This document shows positions 56,678-61,044 of a DNA stretch of 61,044 nt, piece by piece. The stretch's first letter is position 1. Each line of letters opens with the position of its first letter. The stretch covers positions 1 to 61,044 of IMG/VR virus record IMGVR_UViG_3300009508_001114. One strand, 5' to 3'. The notes beneath the pieces are model-generated. The model had not been told where the DNA came from. It saw only the letters and a list, made by a program, of their open reading frames with translations, and made no database searches. The DNA comes from a virus. Its lineage: Duplodnaviria > Caudoviricetes. The position numbers and the translations under genes are program-made.

Positions 56678-57966
56678 TATATTTCAGCTCTGCCTAATGG
56701 TTCTTCTTCTGGGCCAGCTGCTGCTGGTACGTCATCTATTGGCTCTTCAGCAGGCATCTCAGCATCCATACCCATATCGCCGCCAAGTGCCGGATCTTCC
56801 ATTCCAGTATCGCCTAAACCACCAACTTGCTCTTCGCCGCTTAAACCAGCTACTTGAGAATCCATTGCTGCCTTAGCGCCTTTTGCTGCTTCCATATAAC
56901 CATTTAATGTACCAGTAGTAGCGTCAGCCCACTGTTGTGCTTGTGATGCGCCCATTTCTGCTCTCATTTGATCTGCAATAGCAGGAACGTCTTCGTTCAT
57001 CATTCTGCCTAATCGCTCAATTTGATCTTGGATATCATCTGCTAGTGCACGAACAGCCATAACAACTTCGGCTTGCTCAACATCAACTTCTTCATTAAGG
57101 ATATCGTTAATTAAATCATCAAACATGCTTTCTTTTGCTTGTTTCTTTTCGTCTTCGGTATCGCCAGTTACAGCATATTTCTTACCGTCTACTTCAAATT
57201 CTTTTTTGCCGTGTGCAATAGCATCTTTACGTGCGCCTGTAAACTTGTTCTGTTCTGCAACTTTACGGCCAAACATCTGGATACCACCTGGTAATGCATC
57301 TTCATCTAGACCATTAAGAAAACCTACAACGCTGTCACGGCTCTTACCGCTGACTTGTGAAAACAAACCTAACTTTTCTTCAATTGCTCGTAAACAACCT
57401 TGTTCAGTTGTAGCAACACCGACTTCATTAGCAAGCGCAGCAAATAATGAACTGTTAAGATCAGTATCTGTTTCTTCTGCCATTAATGCGCCTTCAATTT
57501 CTTCTTTGCTTTCTGAACAGCTATTCATGTATTCTTCGCATGCCATTTCAACAACAGGCAGTATAACAGCATCTTCGTAGCAAAAACGATCATCTTTACG
57601 ATACTCGTTCATGCATTGTGAAACAGCTTCTTCGTTAGTACAACCCGAATCCATTAAAGTACGTACACGATCTTTAACTTCATTGCACATTGATTCGTAT
57701 GCTGGTGATTCTGCATACATACCTTCTGATAACATGGTATCAGTAAGATCACGCAAACCTAAAAACTTTGCATAGTCAGGTTCTAAATGGAATTTTGTAT
57801 AACTTCCACGTATCTTAATTAATGCTTGATTTGCTGCTTCGTGCAGTTTTTCTAACTTTACCTTTGATGGAAAAACTTGTAAACTAATATCAAATTGTTT
57901 TGATAATAAAGTGCTAAGTTTGTTTATCTTTGTTGTAGGCTGGTTATTAAATTCTTTTAAAAACAT
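56677..57966 (-). CDS. acidic prohead core/scaffold-like protein
   Basis: Helical, Glu-rich; GATAAATA 58000-58007. Confidence 0.65.
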   Translation of the reverse strand: MFLKEFNNQPTTKINKLSTLLSKQFDISLQVFPSKVKLEKLHEAANQALIKIRGSYTKFHLEPDYAKFLGLRDLTDTMLSEGMYAESPAYESMCNEVKDRVRTLMDSGCTNEEAVSQCMNEYRKDDRFCYEDAVILPVVEMACEEYMNSCSESKEEIEGALMAEETDTDLNSSLFAALANEVGVATTEQGCLRAIEEKLGLFSQVSGKSRDSVVGFLNGLDEDALPGGIQMFGRKVAEQNKFTGARKDAIAHGKKEFEVDGKKYAVTGDTEDEKKQAKESMFDDLINDILNEEVDVEQAEVVMAVRALADDIQDQIERLGRMMNEDVPAIADQMRAEMGASQAQQWADATTGTLNGYMEAAKGAKAAMDSQVAGLSGEEQVGGLGDTGMEDPALGGDMGMDAEMPAEEPIDDVPAAAGPEEEPLGRAEI

Positions 57967-58019
57967 AGTTTCTTCCTAATGCTAAATTTCATATACACTT
58001 ATTTATCATAATTAGCTGT

Positions 58020-58439
58020 TTAGCACATACTTAGAATTTTAATTACTAGCGCTTTCATTCGAGCATTTGCGAGGTCTAGTCTACTAGTAGCAGTAAACAT
58101 GCTAATTTCATTTGTGGTATTAATGATAGTATGCTTATAAAAATATGTATCTGTGAGTAATTTGTGATAGTCTTTTAAATGTAAATATATATCTTTTCTA
58201 AATGACTTAGGTAATTTCTTAGAATTAAGACGTGTGCAAAGTTTATTAGCAATTGCTCGTGTTGGTAGATCATTAAACACAATATTTTTTGTTTTAAAAT
58301 CAATAACAGTGTAAAAGATATCTTCCTTGCCTACAACATAAATATCCTTGCTGCTTACCTTTTCAGCAAGGATATCTAGTTTTTTTGCAAGCTCTTTTTT
58401 ATTAAAGTTTTTCTTTTTGTGGATGGATTTTGTAGCCAA
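58020..58439 (-). CDS. hypothetical protein
   Basis: ORF overlapping upstream gene. Confidence 0.65.
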   Translation of the reverse strand: MATKSIHKKKNFNKKELAKKLDILAEKVSSKDIYVVGKEDIFYTVIDFKTKNIVFNDLPTRAIANKLCTRLNSKKLPKSFRKDIYLHLKDYHKLLTDTYFYKHTIINTTNEISMFTATSRLDLANARMKALVIKILSMC

Positions 58440-58623
58440 TGCTTTCGCCTCTTTTTACTTTGCGAAGTACATTACGTTTATACATTTCTTGTGCAACGTG
58501 TGATTCTTGCTCAGTTAAACTACTTATCTCTAAGAAAGAGTTCATGTCAGCTTTATTGAATAATGCAGATTCAGCTCTATTTAAAATACTCAGTACACCG
58601 TTTTTACACTTAACTGCTTTCAT
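58402..58623 (-). CDS. hypothetical protein
   Basis: ATGA-coupled. Confidence 0.65.
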   Translation of the reverse strand: MKAVKCKNGVLSILNRAESALFNKADMNSFLEISSLTEQESHVAQEMYKRNVLRKVKRGESIGYKIHPQKEKL

Positions 58624-58829
58624 TGACCCATACCTGCGTGTATAGCAGCCATATGCTTGTTATATTTTTTAGTGCCTTTTTTGTGAGGGCTTTTGCCTTC
58701 TTCAGCTTTCTTTTTCTTTTTAGGAAACACACTGGGATTAGGACGCTTGACAATTTTGCCCAAGGGTTGAGCAACTGTGGCAATAGCACCAGCTGACGTT
58801 GTTTCACTGAGGATTTCAGATATTTTCAT
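58620..58829 (-). CDS. small putative internal virion protein
   Basis: MKISEILSE; GATAAATA 58835-58842. Confidence 0.7.
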   Translation of the reverse strand: MKISEILSETTSAGAIATVAQPLGKIVKRPNPSVFPKKKKKAEEGKSPHKKGTKKYNKHMAAIHAGMGQ

Positions 58830-58846
58830 ACTAGTATTTATCTATT

Positions 58847-59695
58847 TTATACAGTAAATTCTATTCCTGGCGGTGCTAAAGCACTTGCTGCATCAGCGTG
58901 TCTCGGTAAAAGATCTTTTATCTCTGGTATAATAAGACTCCTAAGTTCTTCTAACTTTGGGGATATTAATCTCTGAGTTGGAGAGAATAAAGTTGTACCT
59001 GCAGATGTTGCTATATTGTCTGTTTTATTAAACAGCTCTTCAGGGTTATTTAAAATTTGCTCATATGAAATCATAGTTATATTATAATGATAACTATTGG
59101 TTAAAAGTGTGTATAAAGGTATCGCGAGCGATAACATAGAATATTCTACTACTTTATCTTTTGTCGCTGGAAGTTTCCACACCATTATAAGTTTTTTTTC
59201 TAACGCGGTTTGCTCATCAAGCATTTTTTGGTTTAAATAATGAAATCCCATATTAGGTTGATTACTAACTCTAACAGTTAATAGTGAAATTATAAAACTT
59301 ACTAACCAATCAGTTAAGTTTTTTCGGTAAAGTCCTATGTGAATAAAATCTTCAAGGGTAAACTCTTGCGATATATCATATGCAAAATTTTGTCTTCCAG
59401 GATTTTTTATAATCCATTGTTTGCCTTGATGGTTGATTTCTTTCAAAATACGTTTATTAGGATTAGAATATTCATCCAGTAGTTTTCCCATATTATCGTA
59501 ATGGTGACTATGCAAGTTTACATACATTTCGAAAACTGACTTGTCAGGCAGTGACGGCGCTACAATACTAAAATTCTCATTATTTAATATTATTAAATCT
59601 AATAATCTATGAGTTCCACAACGTCCACCCGCATGCATAATTACATTGTTTTTGATATTATTAAAATCTAAGTCCATACTACTATATATACACAA
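58847..59695 (-). CDS. sulfotransferase-like protein
   Basis: GRCGT (5'-PSB-like), YRKNLTDWLVS (3'-PB-like), SYEQ. Confidence 0.5.
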   Translation of the reverse strand: MCIYSSMDLDFNNIKNNVIMHAGGRCGTHRLLDLIILNNENFSIVAPSLPDKSVFEMYVNLHSHHYDNMGKLLDEYSNPNKRILKEINHQGKQWIIKNPGRQNFAYDISQEFTLEDFIHIGLYRKNLTDWLVSFIISLLTVRVSNQPNMGFHYLNQKMLDEQTALEKKLIMVWKLPATKDKVVEYSMLSLAIPLYTLLTNSYHYNITMISYEQILNNPEELFNKTDNIATSAGTTLFSPTQRLISPKLEELRSLIIPEIKDLLPRHADAASALAPPGIEFTV

Positions 59696-59728
59696 TAAAC
59701 AGACTTTATGTAAGAAATCGAACTAATT

Positions 59729-60499
59729 TTATTCTTTAGCCCAGTCATCTAAATGCTTAATATAGTCATGAATTAAGTGATCCATGAAGCTGTCAAAACG
59801 TCCTGACTTAAGGCCCATTACTATGCCACGCAACTTGTCTTTGGTTCTCTGCCAAGTAGTAAGATCTCTTACTTTGCCATAGGCATTAATATACATGCTC
59901 GTGCCGTGATGCTTATAACCCATAAAGACAGGAGGCACTGTGGTTACGATGTCGTTATTGTTTCTCCAACGATAATGTGTTACAGGCAAACTCTTGCAAT
60001 ACTTGCGCCAACCTACTCTGGGAGATCCAAAGGTGTGTAACTCTTCTACATCGTGTAAGCCTTCTTTTAATGTACACCGGGCAGCGACAACTGTAGCCAT
60101 TGCAGCACCTAAACTGTGCCCAGTAACCCATAACTTTTTCTTACTGCTGGCTTTCTTAATGTCTTCGCTAATCATTGGCCAAAGATCATCAACTTCTTTT
60201 TTAAAGCCTTTGTGTACACGGCCCACTGTTTCTGCTAATACAGGAAACGCTCTGAGATCTGCTTTAACATCGTTCCATTGTGTTGGTTCTGTTCCCCTAC
60301 AAGCAATAACAATATCTGTTTTGCTTTCCATTTTGTATGCCTGAGCACCGCCATGATCGTAAAATTTAGGATTTTGATTGAACCCTAAACTTTCACCTGG
60401 GATATATTCTACTTTTTTTAACTTGTTCATGTATGCAAGACTGCTTAGTTTTGCAAATAGTGCTGCTCTTTGTGCTAATGTCATGTCACTGATAGACAT
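59729..60499 (-). CDS. lipase class 3
   Basis: CRGT, VHKGF, TGHSLG, TFGSPRVG, DIV, DH. Confidence 0.93.
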   Translation of the reverse strand: MSISDMTLAQRAALFAKLSSLAYMNKLKKVEYIPGESLGFNQNPKFYDHGGAQAYKMESKTDIVIACRGTEPTQWNDVKADLRAFPVLAETVGRVHKGFKKEVDDLWPMISEDIKKASSKKKLWVTGHSLGAAMATVVAARCTLKEGLHDVEELHTFGSPRVGWRKYCKSLPVTHYRWRNNNDIVTTVPPVFMGYKHHGTSMYINAYGKVRDLTTWQRTKDKLRGIVMGLKSGRFDSFMDHLIHDYIKHLDDWAKE

Positions 60500-60509
60500 T
60501 GTGTTCTCC

Positions 60510-60785
60510 CTATTTTTCTAATTCTTTAATACGTGCTTCTAGCTCGTCTATTTTGTTTGTGATTTTAGGATATTTTTGACGCCAAGCATCAGGTGGTTCT
60601 TGTAACCATGTCCAACCCCAACGTATTGCCAAATAATCTAAAAATGAATCAAATTTTCTGTTAGCCCAAAGGCCCATGCGTGTGTCTTTAAACCACGCAA
60701 GAAAAGCTGCCCCCAACAAGGCACCAGCAATAGCAGTGTATATCCACAGTGTATCGCCAAACATTCTCTCTACTATTTCCCACAT
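60510..60785 (-). CDS. membrane protein
   Basis: One TM; AGGAG RBS. Confidence 0.75.
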   Translation of the reverse strand: MWEIVERMFGDTLWIYTAIAGALLGAAFLAWFKDTRMGLWANRKFDSFLDYLAIRWGWTWLQEPPDAWRQKYPKITNKIDELEARIKELEK

Positions 60786-60796
60786 TTATCACTCCT

Positions 60797-61044
60797 TTAT
60801 TTCTTATTACTACCGCGGCGCATATTAGCAAGCCAATGTGCTCGCTTGCGCTTGGCTGGATCTTTTGTTGTACTACGTATTTTGTCTAGTTTTGACAATG
60901 TAGCGTTTGCAGGGATACCTTTTTGTGCTTTGTTACCTTCTGCTAATTCACTAACAATTTTTGCCCTAGGTGCAATGAATTCCCACACACTGTTGCCGTC
61001 TGGATGAGGTTTTCCTGACCAGTACTGATCAGCAGCAAATTTTA
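60797..61044 (-). CDS. hypothetical protein, 3' part only
   Basis: Frame open to window edge. Confidence 0.65.
   Translation of the reverse strand, partial: KFAADQYWSGKPHPDGNSVWEFIAPRAKIVSELAEGNKAQKGIPANATLSKLDKIRSTTKDPAKRKRAHWLANMRRGSNKK

Noticed and set aside
686-60344. Many short opposite-strand ORFs in the track
   Set aside because: Antisense shadows of well-supported genes, without RBS or motifs
1-61044. Bacterial chromosome origin of the window (clp, isc, guaC, nrd)
   Set aside because: Host-like genes lack their operon context and are interspersed with PAAR, virion genes, T4-like hypotheticals and late motifs

Overview
AT-rich, gene-dense segment of a large lytic myovirus (T4-related, Rak2/GAP32/Atu_ph07-type gene content), probably infecting an aquatic gammaproteobacterium. 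The host is inferred from the gamma-like IscU/IscA, NrdAB and tRNA-Gly and from IHF-consensus boxes. Nearly all genes are on the minus strand; one plus-strand late module lies at 30.9-37.0 kb. Recognisable content: proteostasis (GroES-like, ClpP, ClpS, ClpX, Hsp20), nucleotide metabolism (GuaC, dCMP deaminase, NrdA/NrdB/glutaredoxin, QueD), Fe-S/redox (IscU, IscA, Bfd, peroxiredoxin), glycan synthesis/modification (ColD-type dehydratase, glycosyl-, cytidylyl- and methyltransferases), hydrolases (GH6, lipase 3, SleB, BTLCP, SNase), UvsE, bS21, PAAR and virion proteins, and a tRNA-Gly(GCC). Less expected signals: (1) six sigma70 promoters, each with an IHF-consensus box 4 bp upstream of the -35 and often a second box 36 bp further; two are 81-bp perfect direct repeats bracketing a 2-kb cassette of small ORFs; (2) an unannotated 41-aa peptide resembling the toxin-neutralising N-terminus of HigA2/NadS-type antitoxins, between ~30-bp direct repeats; (3) a DnaE fragment ending just before the catalytic PDxDxD motif; (4) a frameshift in clpX; (5) two candidate structured RNAs and a ROSE-like thermometer; (6) capsid-targeting-like N-termini on putative enzymes. 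All homology calls are from motif recognition by eye; no database search was run.
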